From assembly GCA_951406725.2 (NCBI GenBank), contig OX597816.1, positions 79,360,001 through 79,424,000 on the forward strand: DNA of 64,000 nucleotides. Reading direction: 5' to 3'. Source of the DNA: Octopus vulgaris. Its lineage: Eukaryota. The translations under genes were made by a program, and so were the position numbers. How positions within the stretch are numbered: the stretch's first letter is position 1; each line of letters opens with the position of its first letter. This document shows, piece by piece, positions 51,465-63,600 of this stretch. Below the pieces are notes generated by a model, which was not told the DNA's origin, did no database searches, and saw nothing but the letters and a program-made list of their open reading frames with translations.

Positions 51465-53543
51465 CACACATATATATCATCATCATTGTTTAATGTTCAC
51501 CTTCTATGCTAGCATGCATGGGACATATATTAGATATATATATATATATACATTTAATATTATGTGTATGTATGTATATATATGTGTGTGTTTGTGTGTG
51601 TGTATATATATATATACATGCACACACTCACATACACACGATATTTTATATATATATATCATCATCATCATCATTTAACGTCCATTTTCCATGGTAGCAT
51701 GGGTTGGACGGTTCGACTGAGGTCTGGTAAGCCATGAGGCTGCACCAGGCTCTAGTCTGATTTGGTAGTGTTTCTACAGCTGGATGCCCTTCCTAACGCC
51801 AACCACTCTGTGAATGTAGTGGGTGTTTTTATGTGCCACCAGCACAGGAGCCAGAGCAGGCTGGCAAACGGCCACGAGTCATCTGAGAAGGTTTGGGTTG
51901 ATGGCATAACTACTGGAGGCTATAGAAGGAAGTACGATGCTGGAGCTCAAGTTCAAAAGTGATAAAGCAGGCAAGCTTGTGTTTTGGAGTGGAAATGAGA
52001 TTCCAGGCCTGAGTGAGGACATGAATAGGTGAGAACTGTTCTCAGTGTGTGGGAATCTGGATGGATAGCATCCTGTTGCATGATGGCTCCATATGGCATT
52101 CAGTTACATTAAGAAGGAGTGAACTGGGGTGATAAAGTGAGAGAGAAGACAGTTGCTATTGATGCAAAATATCTTGGAAAAAGTGAGAGTGAAATATCTG
52201 AAGAGCAGCTGGTATGTGTCCAAGATATAAAAGGGATTGTATGGTGTGATATGGGGAGCATAGTGATTGGAATTATTCTGGAAATAGGAAGTACTGAGGT
52301 GGATGATGCAACATATGTTAGGAAGAAGGATGACAACAACCACATCAAGATAGATGAACCTAGATGTTGTGTTGAAGGGTGTGAACTTAGTGCTGAGATG
52401 GGTACTATGTGCTTTTGAGATTTGAACTGATTCAGCCATAGTATGGGGGTGGATGGCATTAGTAATTACCTATCAGAAGAGGATCTGAACAAAAGTGGCT
52501 GTGGAAATGATAATCAATTGCCACCTGGGAATCCTGAGAGCTGCTGAGTTGGGCATCAGGCTGCAGTTTTATTTTGGACCTTCAGAACAAAAATAAAGCA
52601 GATGCTCTTGCCAGAATATAAAAAAAAGCCCTTGTTGGAAGTTATGGTGGATTCACTGAGTAAAGTGGTTGTGGCATGTCAGCTGGAGAACCCAGAGCTG
52701 TAGAGGCTACACAACATTCACCTCATAGGAGTTGACAGGACTCTGTTTTTGGAAAGGAAGGTTGACCCTGATGTCAACAGGGAGAGTGTATGGAAGGTAG
52801 TTAGGGGTTGTGATAGGTCTCACACTGAATGTGTATGAAATAGGAAAAATTCAAATGGATGAAGACTGGAAGAGGCTAGTGATTGATGTGATGTACTGTT
52901 GGGGAAGGTCAAAAATTCAGTGGGCTAGGCTAGATGGCAATATGGAGGGAAATCAGGATGGAGACTGTAGTTGAAATTACAGAGGCACTGAATATGGTAT
53001 TCCTGGAAAGGGAACTAGTGGACAAGCTATTAATTGACAACACCACTGTGTTTCATTCGGGTTAGTTGAAGGAAATGCTCTAAAGATGGAATACCAATTG
53101 TCTTCAGAGCAGCATACAGGCTCAGTGGAAATGGAATTGTAGAATGATACTATTGCACAACCAAAGACATGGTTGAGAAGAAGCAAATCTCCCCCATTGA
53201 AGAAGTTTTTTGATACAATATGTTGCCCAGGGCAAAAGAAGCTGAGGAGTTGATTCCAAAAAAGCTATGTTCAGTACATACAGACACCCAAGCATGGCAG
53301 CCCAGCAATCAGAACAAGTTGAGAGGTCTGCATCTTTTCCGATCAGGGATGAAATATGAGGGAAGCCACCTTATGCACTGTGCACAAATCAGTGAGGGTA
53401 AGCAAGGGCAACTGCAGTGGCTGTATGTATGGATGGATGGATGGATGGATGAATGCACTCATGCATGCAAGCATACATGTGTATATGTATGCTATGTGTG
53501 TATATGTATGTATGCTATGTGTGTTTATGTATTTATGCAAGCG

Positions 53544-53585
<42 letters not shown>

Positions 53586-53749
53586 GAAAACGAATGTGTA
53601 AAGCATTGTGCCAGACATTTGGTTCAGCATGCTCTTGACTGTTGTGCAGTACATGGGTTACCTTACACTTCGGTCTAATAATAGCTACATCACACCACAT
53701 CAGTTATTCATCAATCCACACATGCTAGAGTGGACCTATGTTTAGTATA

Positions 53750-54630
53750 GAGGTCGAACAACATAGAATTTAGAAAAGCAACCAGTTTGTGTAAAATTTT
53801 CCTTCAAATTAAAATACCAAATTTTACTGAGATTTGCCATGTTGCAATATGTTTTCTGGAAGGATATTTTTTGACTAGTATTCAGTGTAATGTGTGGTAT
53901 TAGCATTTCAAACCATGAAATGAATTAGCATTTCACAAAAATGAACCCAAAATAGACAAAGTTTTTCATCATGGCATTGTGAATTTGTGCACTCTGAACT
54001 GTAGAAGTTGCCTAATTGCCGATGAAATTTTGAATAGGCATCTGTAACTTTTTGTGCACGTAGTCTTTTAAAAGATAATTTGAAGTTGCATCCTGTTAGC
54101 AAAAAATATACATCACATCTACTGACAGATGAAAGAAAATAGAAGTGACAAGTCAGGGTCTGTTTAACCTTCCTAGCACTAAGCAAAATCTTTCTGAAAA
54201 TGTGTCACAATAAGAAATGGAACTAAACATATGGCCATGCTATTGAACAAAAATACAGTCATTGCTGTGAATTGGATCATTAGCCTCATGGTTAATTGAA
54301 AAAGAGATTCTGTTGGATGTTCTGAGTCTTTTGAAAGAGGCACTACAAATGAAGTGGCCTGAGATAAGAAGGAACAGAACCTGGCAGTTGTACCATGACA
54401 ACGCACCAGCTCAAATGTCATCTAGTATGTGTGATATTTTTAGCAAAGAACAAGGTGATATTCTCATTGTAGAGCTGTTCCACTCTTTGGAAGCAAAAGA
54501 AATGCTTCAAGAGCCAAATCCAAAGTTGAATTCCACCTTGAAAGGTTGCTAATTTTGTATGAAGAGGCTGAAAAAATCCTTGAAAATATTATCAAGGACT
54601 GCCTACAATCCTTGTGGGGATGTACTTGAA
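53750..54630 (+). mobile_element. Old mariner transposase relic
   Basis: VCVKFSFKL near 53790 and WQLYHDNAPA near 54380-54410. Confidence 0.55.
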
Positions 54631-54690
54631 ATCATATTCAAAATGTTATTTTTGTTTTTATATTTTTGTTTTTCTCTACTTTTGTTTCAG

Positions 54691-54824
54691 TTGAATTTCC
54701 AAAGATTTTACAAGAGGCAAAGGTCTTTGTGTTAGATAATCTTATCTGCAAAAAACATTTCTCATTTTTTAAGAATACTACAGTTTGTGTTAATAATAAG
54801 GAAGACACTCAACCAGCCTGCCAT
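54691..54824 (+). CDS. Exon 19: protease, S1 pocket region
   Basis: ttcag|...|gtaagt, phase 1-0. PKILQEAKVFVLDNLIC...TVC...QPACH. Confidence 0.93.
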
Positions 54825-55450
54825 GTAAGTCATTTACTATTTAGAATTATAGTCTCTTTCATGTTTTGTTTTGTAGTGTAAAAAGTACAGGGCAATTACT
54901 ATAGTTATGTAGACATTTATGGAATAGGGACATGTTGATCCGATGCTTTCAAAACCTGAACACAGGGCTTGAAAGTATGTTTTTATAAGCTACAATATAA
55001 TCTAGCCTTAATTATCTCTCTATGTTTTTCTCCTCTTTACTTAGGGTAGAGTCTGTTCATTTGAGTAGCTAACTATATATCATAGATCCACTTAATTAAA
55101 GCTAAATAATAACAACCAATGTTCAGTTTCAACATTACAATCTTCCAATTTTTCACTGAAGTAAGCTTAATTGCTTGAAATAATAAATTTTTGCATACAA
55201 AAGAATCACAGTCAAAAATAAGAAAATTAAAACACAGCACATCTAATATAATATAATACATATGCCATTACTGAAATGAATTAAATATCCACAAAATGTT
55301 ATTATCTATTATCTTATGGAACTATGAGCTGGAGATCAAGAGCATTGAAATCTTCCTTTAATTAGTATAGAAACAGGAACATACTTGTTAATAATCCAGA
55401 AATCTTGAAAATAATTCCAGCAATAAATTTGTCTCAAAAATTTAAGATAT

Positions 55451-55636
55451 TCTTTTCTACTCAATGCCCAAATTTGAGGGAGGGGGCCAGTCGATTAGAT
55501 CGACCCCAGGATGCAATTAGTACTTAATTTATCGACCCTGAAAGGATGAAAGGCAAAGTTTACCTCAGTGGAATTTGAACTCAGAATGTAAAGACAGACG
55601 AAATACTACTAAGCATTTCGTTCGGCATGCTAATGA
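55451..55636 (-). mobile_element. SINE family A copy
   Basis: Reverse complement of the family A sequence (gaaaggatgaaaggcaaag, gaatttgaactcagaa). Confidence 0.75.
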
Positions 55637-56473
55637 TTCTGCCAGCTCATCACCCTAAAAATTTAAGATGTCTGTTTTATCTATTTCTTTTTTTCTAAGA
55701 AATAATTTTAGAAATAAAGTTATTCTAGTTAGTATACCATTTAATGACAAAATTCTCTCTAGTGAAAATCACAGCTGAGTTTATATAGTGTCACTTATGT
55801 TGAAATGTATCTGTTGTCTAGTGAAGCTGTGCACCCCTTCTGGTAAAAAGTGGTAGTAGCCAGCCATTATAAATAGACCAGTAGCCGGTTGAAAGGTCAA
55901 AAATCAAGAGTATGTGTAGAGTGTTGATAGTCGTGTCTGTGCTGATATAATAATTATACTATGATACTGAGTAGACATTATAATGATCCATCCTTTTGAG
56001 GACAATAACACTGTATGACTAGGGTTTGTACAGAGCCAGATAGAACCATTCGATCAATGACTTCAGAATATATAGCAATATCTGTCAGAGTGACAACCAT
56101 CATCAAAAGACAGATTTACAACAGTATCATTCATAAGAATAATCAACTTTCAATGATTCAGGCCACTTATCAGGTAGGAACCACTTTATGATCTAAGTAG
56201 TATGAGTACTGCTTTGAGAATCAGTTGTTTTATATTAGCTAGCATTGCTAAACTCAAAGTCTGTAGTAAGTAAAAATCTGAAATAGATTAAATTTTATAA
56301 TTATGTAAAAACTGTTTAGTATCTCAAACTACTTAGCATCATGAAAACCTGAATGAGCTCCGGACACCATAGCAAGTAGGACACCTCTTCTGACACAATT
56401 TTCAAACATTTTGCCTAAATTAAACTTGTTACATTTGCCAGGTTGACTTTATGTAAATTGGATCTCAACAACC

Positions 56474-56512
56474 CTCCTCCTCCTCATTATCATCATCACC
56501 ATCATCACCACC

Positions 56513-56544
<32 letters not shown>

Positions 56545-56625
56545 CAACAACACCAAAACCACCACCACCACCACCACCACCACCACCACCACCACCACCA
56601 CCACCACCACCACCACCACAATAAT
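56474..56625. repeat. Compound (CCT)/(CAT)/(CAC)/(CAA) trinucleotide microsatellite
   Basis: Seen directly. Confidence 0.95.
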
Positions 56626-57180
56626 TAGTTTCTGACTAAATAAAAATACAATAGTAGATTAGTCTTTCCAGTAGTGGATGATATGTTTTCTCAATGGCTG
56701 GTAGTAACAGACTTTTTCCATTAGATATGATAATTGTTCACTCTGCCAAAAGAATTGAGAAAACTTTCAAGAGAAATCATACAAACAACTCTCTCATGCT
56801 TAAATAGTTAAATACTTGCTCGAGAACAAACCTACATCCTATCCACTTTATCCCCGTCTTACACAGGCCTACTTCTATCTCCAGTGTCTCATTCATATTC
56901 TTAATAATCTTGTTATCGAGGTTTCCAGGATAGCCACATGATCATCAGAATTACAATAAATAAGATTCAAACATTTAGAAAATAGAAATTCTTATGTTAC
57001 AAAGAATATTAACTCTTCTTCATTATATCTCACTTTACACATACTGCCGCTATGGCAACAAAATTAAATAAAAATAAGATTTCTGCCACAGAATTTTATG
57101 GTTTCCTTGCTTTTAAAGCTGCTGACCATTATGTTATCATGCTTAATTCATGTTAATTACTTAATATTGGTATTTCATAC

Positions 57181-57395
57181 AGTGGCAAGCTGGCATAAAC
57201 CTTAGCATGTAGGGCAAAATGCTTAGCAGTATTCGTCTGTCTCTATGTTCTGAGTTCAAATTCTGCTGAGGTCAACTTTGCCTTTCATCCTTTCAGGGTC
57301 GACAAATTAAGTACCAGTTGCGCACTGGAGTCAATCTGATCGACTGGCCTCCTCCCCCCAAATTTTGGGCCTTTTGCTGAGAGTAGAAAAGAATA
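57181..57395 (+). mobile_element. SINE family A copy
   Basis: Full head-core-tail match to the other copies. Confidence 0.75.
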
Positions 57396-57819
57396 TTAGT
57401 ATTTCATAATGCATATGATTATTATCTAATTATTATCTTAAAATTTGTTTTCCAAGTTTCCTGAAGTGAAATCATTTGTTGAAACAGATATTGTTAAATT
57501 TCGGGATGGTCATTTAAATGTTTTTTGCCAAATAAACACATGTACTATATATCCATTCTTCGCTTGTTTGTTATTGCACTTATTTTATGCCTATGGTCTC
57601 AAAATCTTGAAGAGGTCACAGGTGTGTGTCAAAAGATTTCCAGACAATGGATATAAGATAACATAAGAGCAATAATAAACAAGTGAAGGATGAATATATA
57701 GTGTGTGTACTTATTTGGCAAGCAAAAAAAATGATCAACCTGAAATATAACAATATCTAACAATCTTTCTAATGTTACAATGTTATTTGAATATTCTTTT
57801 TTTTTTTTCTTCCTCATAG

Positions 57820-57981
57820 GGTGACAGTGGAGGCCCACTATTATGTCGTGATATGTATGGTAAATGGGTAGCATATGGTGTTACAAGCTATGGCAAGACT
57901 TCATGTGCAGGACGTAAATCATCTCCAGCAGTATATACTGATATCTATTCATTTATGCCATGGATTATCAGAAATATATAA
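57820..57981 (+). CDS. Exon 20 (last coding exon): Ser195 and C-terminus
   Basis: catag|GDSGGPLLC...[10 protein letters not shown]...C...PAVYTDI...WI...TAA. Confidence 0.96.
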   Translation, partial: GDSGGPLLCRDMYGKWVAYGVTSYGKTSCAGRKSSPAVYTDIYSFMPWIIRNI

Positions 57982-58049
57982 ATTTTATACAAAATGTCTC
58001 TTATGTTAAAAAATTTTTCTGTATTTCAGTTTTAACTTAGATCAAGTTC

Positions 58050-58118
58050 ATTAAATATTTGATATTTTTGCTTATTTTTTTCTTTTATGTTTTTTATTCC
58101 TGTTTATTTTATATTAAA
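58050..58118 (+). promoter_or_regulatory. Candidate polyadenylation signals (ATTAAA at 58050 and 58113)
   Basis: Variant hexamers 70-135 nt after the stop codon. Chance occurrence is likely in AT-rich DNA. Confidence 0.3.
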
Positions 58119-58399
58119 GCATGCAAATATTTTCTTCAAACATGTCTATATATATCTAGAATATTGAGCTTATGAGCATAAGCTCATGGGTTCATTTCCT
58201 GGATAAGGTGCACACTATGTTCTTCACATTTCTTTAGTCTACTCAGCTGAATGTGAGTATTGGGACACCTACAGGTACAACTCTTTGTACTGATCTTTTA
58301 TTAGCTCCATCTCAAATTTACAGCGCTCTCATCTCATTAACATTTTTATATGCATGCACTGTGTGCATACATATATGTATGTATGTATAAATATAAAAG

Positions 58400-59107
58400 A
58401 AAAACTGAGACCTCTGGAGATATGCTGTGACTTCGAAGACCCGACAAATGAAGTGAGTTCATCGCTTGCAGGACGGCCTACTGCGCTAGAGGAGACCTAT
58501 TGTGTCAAGTTTATCAACATCAAAATAAAAATCGTATGGATATTGTAGTTGTGATACCCGTGCCAGTGGTACGTAGGGCCTCACAGAGGAAATGACGAAG
58601 ACGGAGACCTCTGAGATATGCTGTGACTGTGAAGACCTGACAAATGAAGTGTGTTCATGGCTCGCAGGACGGCCTGCTGTGCTAACCTTGGATCGTAGAG
58701 TGACCTGCTGTTCTTAAGGAGACCTATTGAGTCAAGTACGTCAACACCAACATCAAAATAAAAATCAAATGGTAATTGTAGTTAAGATACTCGTGCCTGT
58801 GACACGTAAAAAGCACCGTCCGAACGTGGCAGATGTCAGCGCCGCCTGACTGGCGTCCGTGTCGGTGACACGTAAAAGTACCAACCGATCGTGGCCGATT
58901 GCCAGCCTCCTCTGGCCCCTGTGCTGGTGGCACGTAAAAAAACACTCAATACATTCACGGAGTGGTTGGCGTTAGGAAAGACATCCAGCTGTAGAAACAC
59001 TGCCAGATCAGACTGGAGCCTGGTGCAGCCTCCTGGCTTCCCAGACCCCGGTCGAACCGTCCAATCCATGCTAGCACGGAAAACGGACGTTAAACGATGA
59101 TGATGAT
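58400..59107 (+). mobile_element. RTE 3'-end with a tandem partial duplication
   Basis: gagacctct(g)gagatatgctgtgac... occurs twice (about 58407 and 58604). Ends ggacgttaaac(gat)n. Confidence 0.8.
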
Positions 59108-59435
59108 ATCGCTTCTAAAAATAATAACGTCAGTGGCCGCAAGCTTAAAGTCATATAGGCAAATTAATAATTATATATATGATATATAAACATATACATA
59201 GTAGGTTACTACATAAGCAGCTCCTTAGAAGTCAAAATACCTCTAAGCCAGAGAAGAATCGCTAAGTTAATACAGGCATGATAGGAAAAAAAATATTAGT
59301 GAACAAGAATGGCGTTTTACCTCCACCAAGGATGCAGGAGGATTGTCAGTTAATTTGATTTCATGATTTCGAATTTAGCACGAATTCTCCTCAATGTATG
59401 TATGCATGTATGTATGTATGTATGTACACACACAT

Positions 59436-59468
<33 letters not shown>

Positions 59469-59578
59469 TTATTTAAGGTTAATTTCCCATATGTTCATTC
59501 ATTTACTTGAACACATACACGCATGTTATATATGCTGTCTAAATTCAATATAATTATTTTCTATTTATTTTATACACA

Positions 59579-59632
<54 letters not shown>

Positions 59633-59940
59633 ATAAAAGTTAAGGATTCAAGTGAATCAGGTCATTATATAGTAAAGCACGAAGGTCGGGTCAATGAGAT
59701 AGCTATCGTCTGCAAAACAACATTAGAGAATCATATACATAATACCAAAATAAAGACGGATTTATATTCCAGTTACATGTACAATCACAAGCGTCCGAAC
59801 GAATATACCACGTGCCTCAAAAAAACGGTACCTAAGTACAAACACTATTCCAATTGTAATGCACTCAGTAGACTCCAGACCCACATAAATTGCAGGACTT
59901 GTGTAAGGTGAATAAAAAATAACAATGGGTAGATAGTGGT

Positions 59941-60030
59941 TTACTTACTACAGCTGTTTCAGACGTGTTTCTTTTATTGATGAATAGAGTTATTACATCA
60001 TGTGAGAAAAACCGTTTTCATCAGGGGAAT
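59941..60030 (-). ncRNA. Hammerhead-like motif with long stem II and weak stem I
   Basis: - strand CUGAUGA (60024-60018), an imperfect 57-nt hairpin, then GAAACAGCUGUA (59960-59949). Confidence 0.45.
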
Positions 60031-60203
60031 ATAGGCACGAATTATAAATTTAAAAAAAAAAGCAAAAAGTATTCCAACGAATCCAAGTATGTGCCATTTC
60101 GTGCTTCCCTGGCAAACTTTGGAATGCTTTTTTTAATGTTTAATTCGTGCATATATTCACTTGATGAAAATTGGAATTTTTCCTATGATGTATGTAAATA
60201 TCA

Positions 60204-60239
<36 letters not shown>

Positions 60240-60241
<2 letters not shown>

Positions 60242-60656
60242 CCAGACCTAAGGTGACATGGTGGAACAGTATAGATGCCAAGTCCATTAGAGCAAAGAAG
60301 CAGGCCCAGAATGACTGGAAGGGTGGCGGTAGCAAGGAACTATATCAGGTAGCTAGAAGGGAAGCTAGGAGACAGGTATACTTAGCCAAGGATGAGGCAG
60401 AAAGGAAGAAGTTTGCCAATGTTCTACGGTGTGAGGACCAGTGGCTTGAAGTGTTTCGGTTTGCAAGACAGCGTGTCAGGGAAAATTGAATGATGGTTCA
60501 CTTGTAGTTAGTGATTCTGCTAAGAAAGAGGCTTAGAAATGCCACTATGAAAGGCTTCTAGATGTAGAGAACTCATGGAAGAAGGAGAGTCTACCTAATG
60601 TGAATCTAACAGAGGGACCAGCTATCCGAATAGACAGTAGCTTGGTAGAAAAAGCC
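60240..60656 (+). mobile_element. RTE ORF internal fragment
   Basis: TWWN...AKKQA...YQVARREARRQVYLAK...EVFRFARQ...EGPAIRID, the region between endonuclease and RT. Confidence 0.7.
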
Positions 60657-63600
60657 ATGAGCACAGGAGCAGATGATAGTATTGAATCAGGAGTGCCAGT
60701 GATACTGCCTTCTTCATTTACAGGCCGTCCAAGGAATATGCATCAATATTTTCAGGATGCCATGTCAATTGTTTCAAAATATGCTAAGCCAGACTTATTC
60801 ATGACTTACGCTTGCAACCCAAAGTGCCCTGAGATAGTTGATAATCTACAGCAAAATGAAACATCTGAAAATAGGCCAGATTTAGTTGCCCAAGTGTACA
60901 AGTCACACCTTGAAGAACTTATGAGGGACATAAAGTATAGACACATTATTGGGGTACTAGTGGTTCATGGCCATGTCATTGAGTTTCAGAAGAGAGGTCT
61001 TCCCCACTGCCACATGTTGGTAGTGTTGAGAAATGAGGACAAACCCAGAAACAGCGACGACATAGATAGGATCGTGACAGCTGAAATACCTGATGTCAAT
61101 GATGATCCAGTCTTGCATGATTTAGTAAAAAAAAAAAAATGCGTGATACATGGTCCTTGCGGAACAGATAATCCTTCTTCCCCTTGTATAGAAAATGGCT
61201 CATGTCAAAAGAAATTCCCAAAGAACTACAGAAATGAAACGCTTCTGAATTTGAATGGCTATCCAGAGTACAGAAGAGGCAATACTGGATTCACAGTTCA
61301 AGTTGGACGTCACTCAGTTGACAATACGAACGTTGTACCGTAAAATGCCTACTTGCTGAAAATCTACAGAGCTCATATTAATGTAGAAATTTGTTCATCC
61401 ATGAAAAGTATTAAATATATCTTCAAGTACATGTACAAGGGACATGACTCTGCTTCTGTTGAAGTATGAGACAACTCAGCGGCAGATCGTGAGTAGAATC
61501 AAGCTCACGATGAAATTACTTGCCGATATGTTTCTCCTCCGGAAGCTATGTGGAGACTCAGAGTTCAAGCTATATGACACATCTCACACTGTCTACAAAC
61601 TTGAAATACATTTTGAAGATCAGCAAAGAGTTTACTACCACAGAGGCAACGCTCAGGCACAGAGGGACCGTGACACTATCCACACTGCATGCTTCAAACT
61701 GAATGAGCATGATAATGATGCAAGGAACCACTTGTACCCTAACATTCCGCTGCATTATATGTTTAATGAGCGCACTAGAACATGGACACCAAGGTAAAGA
61801 AATACTAATATCACCAGTAGAATGTATAGTGAGCCCAAGGGACACAGAAAAATTTCACTTGCGAATGTTGCTGCTGCTTGTTTCAGGCGCCGTGAGCTTC
61901 CAAGATTTGCTCACTGTACAAGGAGAAATCTTGCCAACATTTAAGGCAGCATGCCCGAGATATGGCCTTCTCTCAAACGATGACACACTGGAACATGCAT
62001 TGCTAGAAGCTGCTACCTGTCGAATGCCATTATATTATGTTTGTTCCCCTGTGCACGTATATGAACCCTGAAAATGCTCTTTACCTGTGTACCACTCACA
62101 AGGAATTCACGATTGAAGATTTCCTGCATCAAGGTTTTAATGCAGAACACGCAGAAAACTTGGCATTGCACTCGACTGATGTAATTCTGATTGAGAATGG
62201 CTTTAATTGTTTAGTAATTGGGCTGCCTGAACCTATTGGAGTACCGCAGCTTGACCATCATGAAGACTTCGATTACCCAGGCATTGCAACACTTACTGAT
62301 GAACAGAGACTGAATGCGAATGCTGTGCCTGAATACGAGCTGAGTTGGGGTGCTAGATTCTCTTGTTCGAAAATATAAGGACACAGATCGTGTCGTATAG
62401 CCAGCTGGAGAATTGAAATTTTGAAGTTGCGATTTTTGAAATTTTTTCTTCAGAATCGGAATCTCAATAGTTACCTCAATCTGTCGAGCATCAGTCGCGG
62501 TCCCAGGGCAAAAGGGCACTAGGTCAGAAGCGAATACTATTCCAAGAGAAAAGGGAATAATAACATTATTTAGAAGGGAGCATTTTCTTTCTTGAGGGAG
62601 GCACATGCCCCTCAGGCTCCTCCCTTGTGTCTACCCCAGAATATACTTGCTATTAATTTCTCGTTGAAACTACCATACTTCTCATATTCAACATGTTATC
62701 ATTTCTTTGCAAGAGACATACAGTCAATGCAAATAAGTTCTGAGGTTATCTTTTGAATGAACATTACACCGATATAAACCAGTCATGTCAAACTTAATAA
62801 GGCCAACACTTACTGATAAGATTTGCAGACAGGTATGTAAAATTTAGCCAACCTTTATATTACACTATCAACATACAAGAGATTAAATGTCTGGGTCGAA
62901 AACCTTGATTATATACAATACAACATGGTGTCAAAAAGTTCCCGGACTAGTTAGATTTAATAAAAGATAACTTATTTACATTAAGTTTTAATATCATCTC
63001 TTTTGAAATAGTCACTTTGCGCAGCAATACACGGTCCCAGCATTCCTGCTACTTTTTTTTTTTTCATTTCTTCAGAAGCTTTTATGTTTTGTTCATTTAC
63101 TATTGTTGTTGACATCGTAGTTGAGACTGCTACTATTTGATAAACACTAAGGAGAATATTTGCTTATTAGTTTCCCCTGTAGTATTTGAACAACAATAGT
63201 AAATAAAGGAAACAGGAAAGATTCTGAAGAAATGAAAAGAGAAAAGTAGCATTTCGTAAAAAAAATTAAGGTGGAAGTGTGCAGTTTACATACCATCCAG
63301 CTGGACCAAAAATTCTCCTTTATGGCTGAATTTCATCCAATACAGATTAAGTCAAAGCATCAGGACAACAGCAGATCAAAGGGAATTTGCAGCATGGCTC
63401 TTGCATCTTGGCAATGGAACACATGCATTTCCACAAGACTCTAATCTTGTTGATGATGACATAAAAGTGCCTCAAATTTCATGCGTTGACGGCTCTCTGG
63501 TGGATGATATCTTGAACAATACATCTGAGGAAGAGAGAAGAAGCAGAATAATTATTTCGCCAAAGAACTCAGAATGCCTCCTGATCTGTGAAGAAGTTTT

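Larger units (their letters stand above)
1154..57981 (+). other. Multi-exon gene (5'-incomplete, 20 exons): mosaic serine protease (MAM-LDLa)x3-SRCR-LDLa-LDLa-SRCR-S1 peptidase
   Basis: 20 exons with AG/GT boundaries and compatible intron phases throughout. Total 3146 nt reads as one frame ending at TAA 57979-57981. No start codon or signal peptide in the window. Confidence 0.9.

Noticed and set aside
51880-53350. Probable old retroelement relics (also 1-1010, 3030-3380, 17290-17520, 18200-19500)
   Set aside because: Only faint motif traces; too decayed to classify or bound.
56443-56628. Poly-His/Gln ORF
   Set aside because: Intronic trinucleotide microsatellite with no supporting splice sites.
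1154-57981. Gene symbol TMPRSS15, MALRD1 or CORIN
   Set aside because: No SEA, CUB or Frizzled domain seen, the S1 pocket is non-tryptic, and MALRD1 has no protease domain. Orthology cannot be supported.
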